Part shown: piece after piece, positions 13,046 through 26,986 of the stretch
Layout of the letters: every line of letters begins with the position of its first letter
How positions within the stretch are numbered: the first letter of the stretch is position 1
Source of the DNA: Pecten maximus
Taxonomy: Eukaryota
Direction of reading: 5' to 3'
Length of the DNA stretch: 64,000 bases
Assembly (NCBI RefSeq): GCF_902652985.1
Contig: NC_047015.1
Location: 53,134,001-53,198,000 of the forward strand
Made by a program: the position numbers and the translations under genes
Notes under the pieces: generated by a model
Told to the model about the DNA's origin: nothing
The model's database searches: none
What the model saw: only the letters and a program-made list of their open reading frames with translations

Positions 13046-14910
13046 TGATATGTAAATTTTATGACGTATTTTATATGATGGTCGGTTCTTTGTCAATAGA
13101 AAAATGAAAAAGAGTTTCGGACACTTCCGGGGGCTCATTACCAGCACATCATGGAGTCGGTATCCGAAGGCTTCGGGTTTGGCCAATTCATGGTAGTTTC
13201 CATCGAATATGTCATTCCATTGGATGACCGTCAACAATGACATCTGGACATCATACTTGTTAAAACATGGAAGCATGGATTGTACAACTGAAAATGATGA
13301 TGAGATAATGATATAAATATGTAAGTACGGAATTATCTACACCTCAGCACTGACATCTTACAATCTTATTGGACCTAGAAAAAATACCTTTGCATTAATG
13401 CAGACAATGTAGTAAGCGTAGGAGAGCCAACATGGTATAGGTCAAGTTTATCGTCACATGGCTATGCCTATTTCTAGGTTTTATCTCATCGAAAACTATC
13501 AGTGTTCTGTCGGCGTGTATACAGAAATTTATTTATAATTTCGCTTGAAAAGTTATTCTCCAAATTTTTAATATAATTGTCGCTTGAACGCTTGATTCAA
13601 ACCTGTTCAAAGCGTTATCCGAGACCGGTTTCCAAGCGTCGCTTTGACTAATACAAAATTGTCTTTAATACCATCGCATACAATTGCGTGGCAAAGCCGT
13701 GATATATTTAAGGCCAGTAAATGACTTTATATCATGTCTGATATGGCGTCATAATGGTAGTAATGAAAGATAAAATTTTCTGCAGCTTTATTCAGATAAA
13801 ATCTACATATATTGGACAGCAGAATGTTTTCACTGAATTATATTGCAATATTATTTATTGTTTTAAATTCACCAATACCATGTTTGCCAGTTAGGCTATG
13901 TCATTTATAACGACTTTAAACACCATGATAGTACATTTAACATGTACGTCCCCCATCACCTGACGATGCTGACGTAATTGAATAATATCGATCTTTAATA
14001 ATCTAATGGAATAGTATAGTTGAATTGTTAAGGTGACGTCATTGCATTGTGGTCGTGACGTATTACAATTTTCATTGAAGATTTAAAGATCAAAACATCC
14101 TGGTTAAGGTGCTACATTTCGGACAAGGATTAATTGTTGTCGACTGAAAACAATACATTGTTGCTTTTATCTGATACAATGAAACACGTCGTAAACTTTC
14201 TTTATGCTATCACCACCCTTCAAAATAGTTAACTCTCTTCTTTTTTCTTTTTTTTTAGTCTTAAAGTGAATAACCAATTGATTGCACTTGAAGAAATTTC
14301 GTCGTGCCCCCTATCTATATTTAGTAACTTTCCGTCTTCTGATTAGCGACCATTTTTGGACGGTGTTTACTATTTTTGTCAATTATTCATGTTGGTTGGA
14401 TTTATTTCTTTACTTTGGGTGCCATTTTATGCATTTTTAAGATTTGATAGAGTTTTACCTGATTTCCCCGGCTGGAAACACATGTATTGGTATCTGGCGG
14501 TGAGCGATTCCACAAAATTCACAACATCAGGACAGTCTGCATATTCTCCATCGTAGTAGCACGCTAAGGACTTCTTCATGTACCTGTCAAATTTCACGAA
14601 TGTATTTAAAATGATGTATGTTAAAACATCTCAACTTGTGTATTAACACTATAATGACTTAATCATAGGCTTATTACGTCATAATAGATAAGTGACGTCG
14701 CATGATTGTCTGACTAGACGGAATCGTCCCATCCGAGCCGGAATTCGCATTCTATTACGTCTTATATTACGTAGAACAAAAATTAAGTTTTTTTGCTTAT
14801 TGTCTTATATATATATATATATATTAGTTATGTGATTAATAGAATATTATACTCGTGGCTATGTCATATGAAATTTATTAAACTCGTTCGATAATTTAAC
14901 ATGTCACTTC

Positions 14911-15150
14911 TGGCGCGGGAAGTATGTCATAATTAAATAGTTTTGCCTAGGCAAAATACGATTTCTGCCTAGGCAAAATTCGATTTCTATCTAGGCAAAA
15001 TGCGATTTCTGCCTAGGCAAAATTCGATTTTTGCCTAGGCAATAATCGAAACAAAATTATTTTTGCCTAGGCAAAAATCGAATATTGCCTAGGCAGAAAT
15101 CGCATTTTGCCTAGGCAAAAATATTTAATTATGACATCCTTCCCGCGCCA
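14911..15150. mobile_element. Fold-back MITE with an internal 21-bp palindromic (gcctaggc) array, nested in an older MITE (~14840-15240)
   Basis: TIRs tggcgcgggaagtatgtcataattaaata / tatttaattatgacatccttcccgcgcca. A half copy lies at about 38145-38212. Confidence 0.8.
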
Positions 15151-15599
15151 TAGCCACTCGCCTATAGGATGGTGGCATATACATTATTGAACTCGTTTGA
15201 TTATCTCCATATAGCATAGCCACTCATGTAAGATCCTGTATGTCCAATACATACCTGCAATGCTTCTTTAGAAACTTGGGCGTGACATCGAAGCCATTTT
15301 TAAAGGACCCTGAAGGTTCTGGGGACTCATTCTGCATCATACACATAAAATACGCCATGCACTTCATGTCGGGCATATCCCCGTTTGTAGTATTATCCCA
15401 CTCGCTGTCGAATTCGGCCGGTAATGTGGGCATTTCTTCAATCTCGTCTAGAACGTTGTCTTGGTGATCAAATATATCGCTGACGTCATTTCCGCCGGTA
15501 TATTCACGGATTGTAGAAGCTAAATATAAGTATAACTTAACATAAGTATCGTGATGAATTTAGTATATATTTCAATTCATGACTAATGCGTATGATGCT

Positions 15600-16216
15600 A
15601 TATGTCATTGCTGACTGGCTCATCAAATGACCAATCTTCCTGCAGTGTACATAAAGCAATTACATTCAGTACTCCTTTTTTCAATGGAAGATACCGTGTA
15701 TATCATCTTGAAATATACTATCACAAATGTAAGCAATGTCAAGACAATATGGGAGGTGGTCGTGCATGGATCTTTGCTCTTGTTTTTAAGTCTGGGTCAA
15801 GAAAAGAAAATCGTCATGCATTTTGGGCTGGCTCATCTTCCAAATGTTTCAAGTATTTCAAGCACTTATATCCCTTCCCCTAAATTCCTCATCGCAAGAA
15901 CACGTTTCACTTTGTCCTCGTCTGACGCGGTGTTAGAAATTTCCGCTGGATCCACGTGATCAGAGTCTCTGAAACGAAGTGGCTTCTGACGAGAACGTTG
16001 CGGGCGACCAGGCAAACCTGAAATCAGCGGCTGGGTTGACTGCCTCTCCAAACTATCTTGTGATCCATCGCGAGACTGTGGTACACACTTGAAATTTTGA
16101 TGGGGATGCGGAATCACTGGAAACAGGTCACGAATTTGCCTGGGCAGAATTCCCCCTTTCTGTCGTTTTCCGCTCGAAACAAAATTGTTCTCTTTTGAAG
16201 TTCTCCCCACGAGCAC
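15600..16216 (-). mobile_element. Degenerate Gypsy-type LTR retrotransposon pol 3' fragment (chromodomain-like)
   Basis: The translation RPQRSRQKPLRFRD…KVKRVLAMR resembles the post-integrase/chromodomain region of Gypsy elements, followed by stops. It lies in intron 1 of copy A. Confidence 0.45.
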
Positions 16217-16550
16217 CTGCAGGCGAGACGTTGATATTGTATGATCGCAGGAAGTGACTTGATTTTTGATCTTATCTTATTCCTCTCTTTCTTAAAAACT
16301 TTTTTCTTCCTATTGTCTTCCTTGACAATGCCTCACTTTTCGTCCTTACTTGAGCATTCGCCCCTGTGAGGAAGGTTTTGGGTTCTGTCCTCTGGCCGAG
16401 ACATACCAGAGTCTATACAATGGTTGTTGCTACTCCTACATGTGTACTTAGCGCTCAGCTTTTTGGGGAGCGAAACGAATGGTTCGCTCGTTGTCAATTG
16501 TACAACTGTATAACATGACCGAGTGGGGTGTCCTGCTGGATGTCGTCGCA
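16215..16550 (+). mobile_element. SINE copy (same family as 61353-61862)
   Basis: ttgagcattcgcccctgtgaggaaggttttgggttctgtcctctggccgagacataccagag. Confidence 0.75.
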
Positions 16551-18001
16551 TAGAATGGAAGATAGAGGAATACAACATACGAATAGAGTAAGAACACCGT
16601 ATGATATCTCTTACGTCATAACTATACCCCGTGATACTTTGATTAAAGTGATACACCTCCGACAAATAAATGTTTTATCAATTATAAACACAAATAGACT
16701 CATGTGTATTTTTCTTTAGTACTAAAAGTAACACACTTTACTTTATAACCACCCTCAGGAATGTTCATCTTTTTCTTTGTCTTTAGAATTAAAGAAATAA
16801 CGATAATAATAATTAATTGCGTCCCGGAGAAGTTCTATTTCGCTCCGCCTCCATATTGAATGAAATACTGACTGCGCATGCGCCGAAAAAAAACTCCCTG
16901 GTAATGGCGGACCGCATTAAGAGGGCCACAAGTAATAACATCTCCAGAAAGAAGGAAGCATTGATAAGATTGTGAAAGAGAACGAAGAAAGAGAAGGACT
17001 GCATAGACAAATTGAATACTTAGAAAAACGACAATGAAATCGAAACATATGATGAAATGACACAGTTTTTTGTTGGAAAGGCAAGTGTGCAATGTACACA
17101 CGTTTATGTATGATGTAACGTTCGGTTTGTTGTCATCTTTACTGAAAACTGTGAGCAAATGATGCGATTGAATCAATGGTTAATATTTTTTCCTGATATG
17201 TATTGATTGCAGGTTGACTTTAATCCTTCAACATGCAGCTTAAACTTATTGATAAATCACACTTGTATCGATCCAGCGAAATGGAACGTGTTGGGGTAAC
17301 GCTAAGAAAGCTTTTCAGTTCTTTTTGCATCAAAACTTCGGCATTTTAGATATGTTGTTATGACAAATTTGTTTTCTTCTGTGTGTAAATATCTCCCAGA
17401 ATGCACTGCGATCAAGGTCATATGTATGCAATGAAGATTATATTATTCAAAAGTTTGTAACGTCTTGGCTTCATAACAACAAATTCTTACATTATAAAAT
17501 TATTTTAAGTCTTAAATATGCATACATATATGTATTACGTGTCGTTAATTGTCAAAATAATACATTATTACACTCTGTCGGAGAGGTAGCATCTATAACA
17601 CTATTTTTATTCCCATTCGAAATATTTAGCTATTAAGAGCGCTCAGAACCCCCCATAATTTTGTTAATTGTTTTTAACTACATGTATTATTGAGGAAATG
17701 ACCATATTTTTAAAGCGTGGTCGTCGCATTTAAATGGGACATTAATTCGTCAATTACCGACCGAGTATTTTCTATCACCACAGCGACACAGATAAATACA
17801 GCCCTCGAAATGTCGTTCATGATATATGAACAGCACACCAGATGTTTGATATGTTGACACGAGCGACCAACATGACAAATTACATATATACTTATTCCAA
17901 AGTGGTCTCCGGAACAAATGTAAATATTAGATCAAATCGGCCGATAGAGGGTTTATTACAACAAATTAACGGAAGCCATCCTCCAGTAAAACAATGCTAT
18001 G

Positions 18002-18108
18002 AGAGGCCGCCCGGTGAGTTTATGGATACAATGCTAGTAGAGGCTGCCCGGTGAGTTTATGGATACAATGCTATTAGAGACCGCCCGGTGAGTTTATGGA
18101 TACAATGG
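18002..18108. repeat. 37-bp tandem repeat x3
   Basis: The gtgag of gcccggtgagtttatggatacaatg recurs at 18014, 18051 and 18088. Confidence 0.9.
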
Positions 18109-18994
18109 CTGATCAGAAACAGCTGGATAGACTTGATAATACATAGGATTGATTGAGGACCGATATTCCGAGATACATTTTATTGATCTATTATGAAAAT
18201 ATCGTATCTTTTTATATTACTGACACACTCAGAGTTTTGCTAATATAATCCGAAACCGTCGGCAATTTCCGTAAACGAGAAAACACGGAAAGCGCCGACT
18301 GCTCCCGATTCCTATTATAGGAGGAAACATGTTAGGTCAAAGGGCAAATTTCTTTTAGCAAAAAGAAATGTTTCTTCTTCGTCAAGTTTTAAAGGGCGTT
18401 CAATTGTTCGAACGGCTGATAGGAGTTGCAAAGTAATTAATCAACTTTATATGTATATAAAAGAAGCTTGCACTCATATTCCCGCTTATTTGTAATGAAA
18501 TAAATATCATATTCATACAGAAAATCAGTAAAGCGTATTTATGTTATCATAACTTGCAAAACTTGTAAATGAATTTAGGATATCAAAATAAGTAAGCCGA
18601 AAATTCCTCGTTCGACTCGACGGAGGCACCCCCTTCGCTCTCCTCAATCTTTCCATCTAGTTGCCGATGTATATATACGACTTAGGATGATGTTCGCTGT
18701 TTTGTAGCTTCCCCATTTCCTCGGTGATATCGTTTCCGATGACCACTTTGCTAATCGCTAACCATGGCAAGCCTTTTTTTAACTATAGCAGCTATTGGAT
18801 TTGAGTGTGATTTTTAATAACGTTTGACCGTCTTAGTGTTAAGTAAAGTTTAAAGCCGTGATTAGTCTAGAGATATACTAGATTCCCAGCTACTTTAAGC
18901 AGAAAATTATTTCAATTTCAACGACGTGATATCCCTTGAAATATCTTAACAAATATGACAAGACTATAAAACATCATATCAAAGAACAAGTCTA

Positions 18995-19265
18995 GTATTC
19001 ACAACAAAGAAACTCGTGTTCACAACACAATAATTCAAGCTCATGACACAATAACTCGTACTCACGTCAGAGAAATTCGTGCTCACAGCACAGTACATCG
19101 TGTTCACAACACAGTACATCGTGCTATCAACAAAGAAACTCGTGTTCACATCATCTGACTTATTTCAATCACATGCATGTTCTTAAATTTTTCATATCCG
19201 CGAGATACGCATGAGATAAAAATGAATATGCATGTTCTCGAAGGGGCTCCTTAAGGAGCTTCATA
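18995..19265. repeat. 21-bp minisatellite array (gtgctcacagcacaat…) in intron 1; related arrays at 44085-44250, 48605-48940 and 56190-56470
   Basis: The same unit lies in intron 1 of copies A, C, D and E. Confidence 0.7.
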
Positions 19266-20006
19266 GATGTAATAAATAAAGCGCCATATATACTAGGCTT
19301 GACATTTATAACCAATGCCCTCTAATACTACATGTTAACGTTAGCTTGTTCACAACAGTCCTCGTTGATTTTTTTTTCATTAAAAAAACTTGCAGTTTTT
19401 TTAATGACGGATTAATAAGAAATATTGTTTAAACTAAATACATGTACTCTGTGTATTATTAAAATGAAATGTAAAATATTTGAGAGAAAAAGTACCGGTG
19501 TCCTACCTGAAATGCTTCCTGTCAGGACAGCCAGTAACAGGACGACGGGAGACATGTTGTATCCTCGGGGTCGAAGTGATGAATATGGCGAAGATCAGTA
19601 ATGCACATCGTATTTATGTGGATATTTAATAAGCCCAAATTATCAAATTATTAGTCATTTGACTCATTTTTGTCCGAATTGTCTTTAAAGTTGAACCTTG
19701 ATATTAGACCACCAAATTACGCGATACAGGAGAACTCATTCGAGAAGATTTTAATCTGTTATGACATGTAGATGTCTATCGTTTGTGTAGGGTAGTTTGA
19801 CATTTTATTTTTCGATAATGTAAAAGTAAATCATATGTATTTTATATAAAAGAATTGATTATTTTTCATTTTATTGCTTTTTCTAATTTTCCTAAACTTT
19901 GTAAACTGCAATACCAAAGAGAATTTCTGAAAAATTTCATCAAAAGCAACCTTTTTATTGACTAAGTGGAGAGGACAAAAGGGTACATTTCTCCTTTTGT
20001 CTTTGT

Positions 20007-20077
20007 TGGTCAAATCACGCGCTGTAGCAGCTGGTGGCTAGGGAGGCAGTTACGTAATCACTCGTTTTATGCTGAAA
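20007..20077 (-). promoter_or_regulatory. Conserved upstream element of copy A
   Basis: ~70-bp block conserved upstream of all five paralogues; 452 bp from the ATG here. Confidence 0.6.
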
Positions 20078-21109
20078 CATTTAAAAGTGAAATTTTACAA
20101 TAATGTGCCGCTAATATTAAAACCTAAGTACATTCAATAACATTTTAATGTCCATATAAATTATAAATATAAATCCAAGGGTTCCGTACAAATGCAATTA
20201 CCATGATAAACTATTATAGTGATCCGAACCATTGAATTTCGGTGAAGAAACAAGGTCGTTGAGTGTTTCTTTTGACAATTAACTTCGATAGAAGCTACAT
20301 TTAAGTCTAAAAGCAGTCGGTGTAATTCGTCGGATCGAACACTGACTTAATGTATAAACGCTATAAATTGCACGACCGACTTGGGCGTGTTTAATTTAGT
20401 TTGTGGGTGTTAGACAGGGAGTCTCGTTTCGTGCAATCTATTTCCAAAAGCTCAATAACGTTAGCATAAATTGCAGTCATTTCACCCCTCCAATTTTTTT
20501 TTTTTTTTTTTTTTTTTATATTATTACTTTTTTTTTGCGACCGAATGGACCAACAATAGGTAAGATAGCAACCCTAACTGGTAGGCGTTTTGGCTTGCTG
20601 AAAGTTTTTCGAACGACAATGACTCTTTATATATTGTACCAAATGTATAAGCGGAAACTGAGATAATTAGATGAAGTTATTTAGTATATTACCGAAATCC
20701 AAGGGTTCCACAAATATACCTTGCCTAGACAATTATATCTTACTGTGAGTACGATGTCATGCAGTAATTTCGTCATTCTCTGTTTCTTCACAACACTAAA
20801 CCAGAAAGATTCTGGAAGATAATAACGATTTAATCTTAATCATTTCATATGATCATGTCAGGGGTTAGAGAAGAACCTACGTCATCAGATAATGTAATTG
20901 TCGGTGTTACAGTAGAATTATCAACTGACACTTCAGAACCCAAAGCAATTCGTGAAAGTAACTATAGGACAGTTAACCCTTCTTCGGAAACCTCCATCAC
21001 TACATGGAATGGCGTAATTTCCGTCGATTTTTTTAGCAAACCAGGCCATGTCCTCTTCAATATGAAATTACCGGGAGAGGATGAGGTAATATCTGAGCAT
21101 ATTTTATCA

Positions 21110-21850
21110 TAATGTTTTAATAGTCCGAACACACATCTATCACGAGGGCACAAGTAATACGTAGTATGTGGCGGTAGTGCAAAGACTGTGATGTTGTTAT
21201 TTTCGGCTTCCTCCTATAACTCAACAGCCTCGTGGAAGATGAACTGATCAAGGATAAGCAATTGAGTACGTCCTGGTCCGATTTCTTACATACGTCTTCC
21301 ATAATCATTTTGCCTGTCTCATGGAACCACGCTTTGCTTGATTAGACCACAATACGTGTAGGGCCTCCACTGCGGTTGACGTCATTCAGAGAATCATCGG
21401 CGACAATGCCTTCTACTTTTATGCAGAGTTGCACTCTCGAGAGAGATGTCAACAACACCTCGAACACTCCCCGAGCCTTTTCTTGCAATCACCGTCGCTG
21501 GACTGTGCTCTAACTGGACGTCTGTCTCGCCCATGTTCCATATTCTTTCTGGTGAAGGCTCCGGTCAAAGACAATTTTTGAAAAGTGTTTATAATACTTA
21601 GACACTGTCAGGGCATTCATACTGCGGTTTTTCAGGTTTCCGTTTTCGAAATCCATCCCACGATCCCTGTCCTGGTTTTTCTCCAGAGAAGGGGGTCTTT
21701 ATTTTGATGTTGGTTTCAAGACGAGAAGCTTTTAAAAGCAATTGCTGCCTTATAAACCCAAAACCTTTGTCAGCCATTGAGTTGGCCATTTCAACTATTC
21801 CCTACTGGACCTCTGGAGGGAAAACAGTCTCACGTCAATTTCTATTTTAC
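21110..21850 (-). mobile_element. Degenerate pogo/Tigger-like DNA transposase remnant
   Basis: MADKGFGFIRQQLLLKASRL…IKTPFSGEKPGQGSWDGFRKRKPE matches the CENP-B/Tc5-type HTH motif of pogo transposases; the downstream sequence is broken. Confidence 0.65.
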
Positions 21851-22735
21851 GACTTGCATGGTCAGCTAATGTGAACCACCTTGTTATACCAAAAGCTTCG
21901 ACAGCTTTTCGAACACTACAGGAAATATTTTTCAATTAGATTGCAAAAGAAATTTCTTTGTCACAGGAAATAACTACTTTGAATTATCCGATGAGAAAAC
22001 GTTTATTGCTCTTACAATGTTAGCCAACTTGAACATGAATAAATCTAACTTTGATGGAATGTCTTCCTTTTCCCTTCGGACAGAAGGCTACCTGCGTCTT
22101 CTCAAAAACGAAATCGATAGCGAGTGATCAGGGCCTACGGGAGACAACTCCCGCATAATAAATAGCATTACGTTTCAGCGATAGTCTTACTAAGAGCCCG
22201 GGAGATACAGAAACATGAAACTGTCCGAATTTACCCATATGGTTTATATGTTTTTGATATGTTTTTTTATTTCACCGGCAAAAATGCAATAAGGAAATTT
22301 ATCAAACTAATAAAATTTATATTTTCACTGCAGCGATGAGCAGTGAAAATATAAGAGTTTGCAGTGAAAATATAAGATTTTGCAGTGAAAATATAAGTTT
22401 TGCAGTGAAAGTATTTCCGTTTTTGTCCAATGAGAACGGACATTCGTATTCACCTCGTTGAAACTTGCAGATTTTTCCAATCGAAGCGGAGATAGATAAA
22501 TTGGTTATTTTGCTGTATTTCTGAAATTTTCAGGCTAGTTTTTGACAAAATACTCACTTGACGTTAGATATTCATGCACATTGCGTTGATCAGTCCTTTC
22601 GAAATGGCGCCGTCAAGTTGACGTGGTGTAACATCACAAAGAGATGACGTCATTACTGATTCCCACACTTTTTGACTATTAATTTTCCGATGTTTTTAAT
22701 TTTGTTTTGAAGTCTATGAAATGCAATTAAAAGAA

Positions 22736-22896
22736 AATTGAATGGTCTCCCGTTAAATATAACATATATTTCACTCGTATGACAGAATATTTCGATATTT
22801 TTCATTCGTGTTTCGCACTCGTGAAAATATCGATATTCTGTCATACTCGAGAAATATATGTTATATTAAACGGGAAACCATTCAATATCCTCTATA
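22736..22896. mobile_element. Palindromic MITE
   Basis: attgaatggtctcccgttaaatataacatatattt … aaatatatgttatattaaacgggaaaccattcaat. Confidence 0.75.
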
Positions 22897-22899
22897 TTT

Positions 22900-23062
22900 T
22901 AATCACACTTGTTGGCCTGGAAAGAAGAACCCGGAGTATCCGGAGAAAACCCACGTACATGTAGTTTGGCATGTAACACCTATTCCTTCTCGGGTCCGAT
23001 CTGGGAATCGAACCCCGATCGCTTAGATAAAAAGTGACTGTGTTACCACTTTGCCACCCGAC
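22900..23062 (-). mobile_element. tRNA-derived SINE fragment (V-SINE-like)
   Basis: Minus strand: gggtggcaaagtggtaac…ggggttcgattccc…gggttttctccggatactccggg. Confidence 0.6.
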
Positions 23063-23184
23063 AACGTCAAGTAACTATAACTACGGCCATCTTGTTTTGT
23101 GAGTTCCTAGCGAGTTAAAGATTGGAAGATGTAAACCTAAAACTTCTAAGGGGTTATTTAAATTCACAAAAGAATTGATAATTA

Positions 23185-25941
23185 CATTCTGACGCAAACA
23201 CGTGAAATAAGCCAAGCATTGCATGTTGGGCATTTCCCCGATTGTATAATTCACCATCTCGCTGTCGATGTCGGCCGATAATGAGGGCATTTCTTACTCT
23301 CAACGAGATCGCTATCTTGGCGATCCAATATATCGCTGACGTCATTTCCGCCGGTATGGTCACGGATTGTAGAAGCTCATAATGTTCGTGATGAATATAA
23401 AACATATATTTCGATACTAAAATGTCAGTTTTATTCAGACCAATGGTTCAAAACTGGCCCGTCCTTGATGAGTACGAGATTCCTTCTTCTACCGTTTTTT
23501 CACTCGAAAAAATACCGTTCTCTTCAGAGGTGAGGCCCTGCAGGTAGGGCGTTAAAATCGTACTCAATGCATGATCGCATTAGATGATTAAATTTGGGAT
23601 CTTACTTTCTTTCTTTTTTCTAAACAACTTCTTCCTAATCTCCCTTGAGACTGACTTACTCTTGGCGTTTAGTTGAGCGTTCACCGCAGTGAGGGAGGTT
23701 TTGAGTCCTGTCCCAACATATTTAGGAGTGCGACATCGCCCGTTGACAGTACAATTGTATATCCTGCTGGATGTTTTCGGCGGTGTGTTTCAGTAAGACA
23801 GCACTATAAATCGACATCAGATTTGCACTATCTCAAGGAGACAAACAGGGTCATACTGCAGCCTTCCAAAACAAACACACACACACTTCACTCATGCATT
23901 TCGCACACATGGGAGACCGTCCCCGAATGACCATAGGTAAGTTGTTGTAGTATCAGAACAATGTTCTAACGTCAACATCGGCGAGATACGAATCGGTATA
24001 ACATCTGAAAATATCTAGATATTTACGGATTCTGAAATTATGGACCGTCTTGTGCTGTCATTCGAGAGCTGTGACCTTGACAAGGAAACACGCAATATGC
24101 ATCCCGTGTGGTTTATTAGCTAGCCACAAGCAACTACAATTGGATTCTAATTTAAGAATACCCTTGCTGTCGACATGGTGATGAAACCAACAAATAAGCT
24201 TGGATAGAGCATAAGAACACGATACGATATCTCTGTTACGTCATAATTATCCTTTTTCGAAAAAGGACATTATTTTGAATGCGTAGTCGTCGCTTTTAAA
24301 AGGGACAATCATTCGTCAATTACCGAACGAATATCTGTTTAAAATCACAGTGATACAGATAAGTGCAGCCCTCGAAATGTCGTTGAGGACTTATTAACAA
24401 CACACCAGCTGTTTTGTTTTTATTATTTTCACATGGGAAAACCCACGTGACCAATTACGTGCATATTTATTGCAAAGTAATCTCCGAAACAAGTGTAGAT
24501 AAGGGACAAACTGGGCTGATGAAGGTTTTATTACAACAAATTAACGGAAGCCAGCCTCCAGAAAAAAAAAAAACAATGGTACGATGAGCTCATGGATTCA
24601 GAGGCTGATTCAGAAAAGGTTGGAGAGACATGAGCGAACAAAGGATTTATTGAGGACTGATATTTTAAGTATATCTTATTGGTCAATGTTCTGCTAGGAT
24701 CACAGAGAGAATTCAGGAAAATGTCACATTTTATATAACACTGACACAGTCAGAGTTTTGCTAATATAATCGGAAACCGTCGGCAATTTCCGTAAACAAA
24801 ATACGGATAGCTCCAATTGGTCCCCTATCTACACTTGTTTCGGAGAATAAGAATATGATGCTTAATTTCATCACAATTAGGCAGAAATACGAGTGTAACC
24901 TTCTTTTTATATATGAAATTGATCAATCACTTTTGAACTCCCAAAGGACATTCAATCGTTCGAACGGTGAACACGAGATCATATTTCGTGAACGGGAGTT
25001 AGTTATTACCAGCGACCGAGCTAATATCTCGTGCGGACGAATTAGTTATGTCGGGGCCACGACTTTATATCTCGTAATTAATTTATGCACATGTCATATT
25101 AAATCTAAACAGACGTCTCATCTCATGCCGTGTGTTAGTGAACAAATGAACAACACATTAATTATTTCATACCAGCGAGATATAGTCAAACCAGAATGAC
25201 ATGTCGCGACGACCTTTTCCTGGAATATTCAAAATGGGTAGTTGCATTTGTGCACATGTGTGTTAACAAAACATATTGATTAGGAATACTACTGTGTCCA
25301 GCAGGGTGCTGTTTTGGACCATTCGTATTTGTTACAATTTTATATTGACAACACAGGGGATTGTATGATTATTTTTGATGCATGGTTAACACATATTCGA
25401 GTAACTATGTGATCAATTATTCACATGTTAACAGTTTTGTCGCTAAATCTAGACCAGTATAAATACAAATGATGAAGCTGATGATAAGGTTTGTTACATT
25501 ATAAACAACTAACAGATATACATACAAAGCACCTATTTCCCCTTAATGACTATAGACTCGTCTGTAATCAAAATACTAATCAAAGTTCATCACGACAGGT
25601 CATTCTGGTCGAACTATACGCACGTGATAAAAAAATAATACACAATGTGTATTCTCGGAGGGGCTCCCTCAGGGTCTTCGTAGATGAGAAGGAAAAAAAG
25701 TAAGCGCCAAATATACTGAACATGACATATATTACTATATTTTATAACGCCCTCAACTACATGTATATCTTTAGCTTATATTTTCCAATCCTCGCTGCAT
25801 TTTTATTGTAAAACTGTGGTGTTTAAATAACGGTTAAATAAAAATAATTCATTAAACTGAAATGTAAAATGTTTGAGAGAAAAAGTTCCTACCTGAAATG
25901 CTTCCTGCTATGACAGCCAGTAACAGGACGACGGGGGACAT
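23185..25941 (-). pseudogene. Truncated paralogue B of the secreted Cys-rich protein gene
   Basis: The signal exon 25941-25893 (MSPVVLLLAVIAGSIS) is intact. The exon 2 remnant 23375-23185 has a degraded acceptor, a 1-nt deletion near 23295 and truncation after CLAYFTCLRQN. Exons 3-5 were not found. Confidence 0.85.
23535..23937 (+). mobile_element. Diverged SINE copy
   Basis: Same family as 16215 and 61353; its position in intron 1 corresponds to the 16215 copy in gene A. Confidence 0.65.
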
Positions 25942-26915
25942 GTTGTATCCTCGGGGTCGAAGTGATAAATATGGGGAAGACGACTCATGTACATCGTATT
26001 CATATGGACATTCAATGACCCATATTTTTTTTTGTCGTGACTGTCTCTTAAGTTTAACCTTGATATTTGAACAGCAAATTATGCGAAGCAGGAGAATTCA
26101 TCCTAGACGATTTCAATCTGTGATAACATGTAGATGCATTTAGTTTGTGCAGGGTAGTTTGACATTTAATTTTTCAAAAAATGCATGTATCAGCAAAGTA
26201 CATTAGCCGTGTGTTCCTTCATTTGGTTCGTACCAATTATACTGAATAGGTACGGTACCATACAAAGGAACGCAATTGACTTTCAAGTGAGTTCCCAAGA
26301 TGGCGGCCATCTCTACAAACTATACGCTTCAAACATAGCGATTATTATTATCAATACCTGAATAGTTCCGTCATATATTAACACACATAACTTATACAAT
26401 GATATTTCACGTCTCGTTTTAAACAAAACGTGCTTTTAGTATGAGGAATGTAGCATCACAGTATCCAAGTGGTACGTTTCAGAGAACGCCGCGTTCCATT
26501 ACGAGTACAGCAGATTCGTACCGATACAGCTGGTACGAACCCGATAAAGGAACGCTCTGTATATGTTCAAAAGTTTTAGAAAAACAACGAAAACGCTTAT
26601 TAGCTTATATGAGTTTATTTTTTACATTGTTTAAGGTAACACAGTATGTATCACAAATACTTCATTTTGATTTACTTCGTATACATTGTAATCAATAAAT
26701 AGGAAATGGAATTGAATCTAAAATGCAAATTTAAATATGAAGAATTCATTATTCTTCATTTTATTCATTTTTATTTTTTCTATTTTTATTTTTTTTTTTT
26801 TATCATTCTTAAACATTGCAAAATAGGGATAAGAAATTTCTGTACGATTTCTTCATAAATCTTTTCATTGGCCAAGCGGAGAAGACAAAAAACGCATTTC
26901 TCCTTGTGTCTTTGT

Positions 26916-26986
26916 TGGTCAAATCACGCGCTGTGGCAGCTGGTGGCTAGGGAGGCAGTTACGTCATCACTCGTTTTATGCTGAAA
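26916..26986 (-). promoter_or_regulatory. Conserved upstream element of copy B
   Basis: tggtcaaatcacgcgctgtggcagctggtggctagggaggcagttacgtcatcactcg. Confidence 0.55.

Larger units (their letters stand above)
12207..19555 (-). pseudogene. Secreted Cys-rich protein paralogue A (5 exons, one frameshift; pseudogene or sequencing error)
   Basis: Exons 19555-19507 (MSPVVLLLAVLTGSIS), 15519-15255, 14583-14459, 13287-13142 and 12372-12207, all GT-AG with the same phases as C/D/E. Exon 4 is 146 nt versus 145 nt in the paralogues (extra G at about 13228). The corrected product is 249 aa with all 10 Cys. Confidence 0.85.

Noticed and set aside
25898-26143. Recurrent 'MLPAMTASNRTxGDMLYPRGRS' ORFs (also 48237 and 55762)
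   Set aside because: Antisense reading of the signal-peptide exon.
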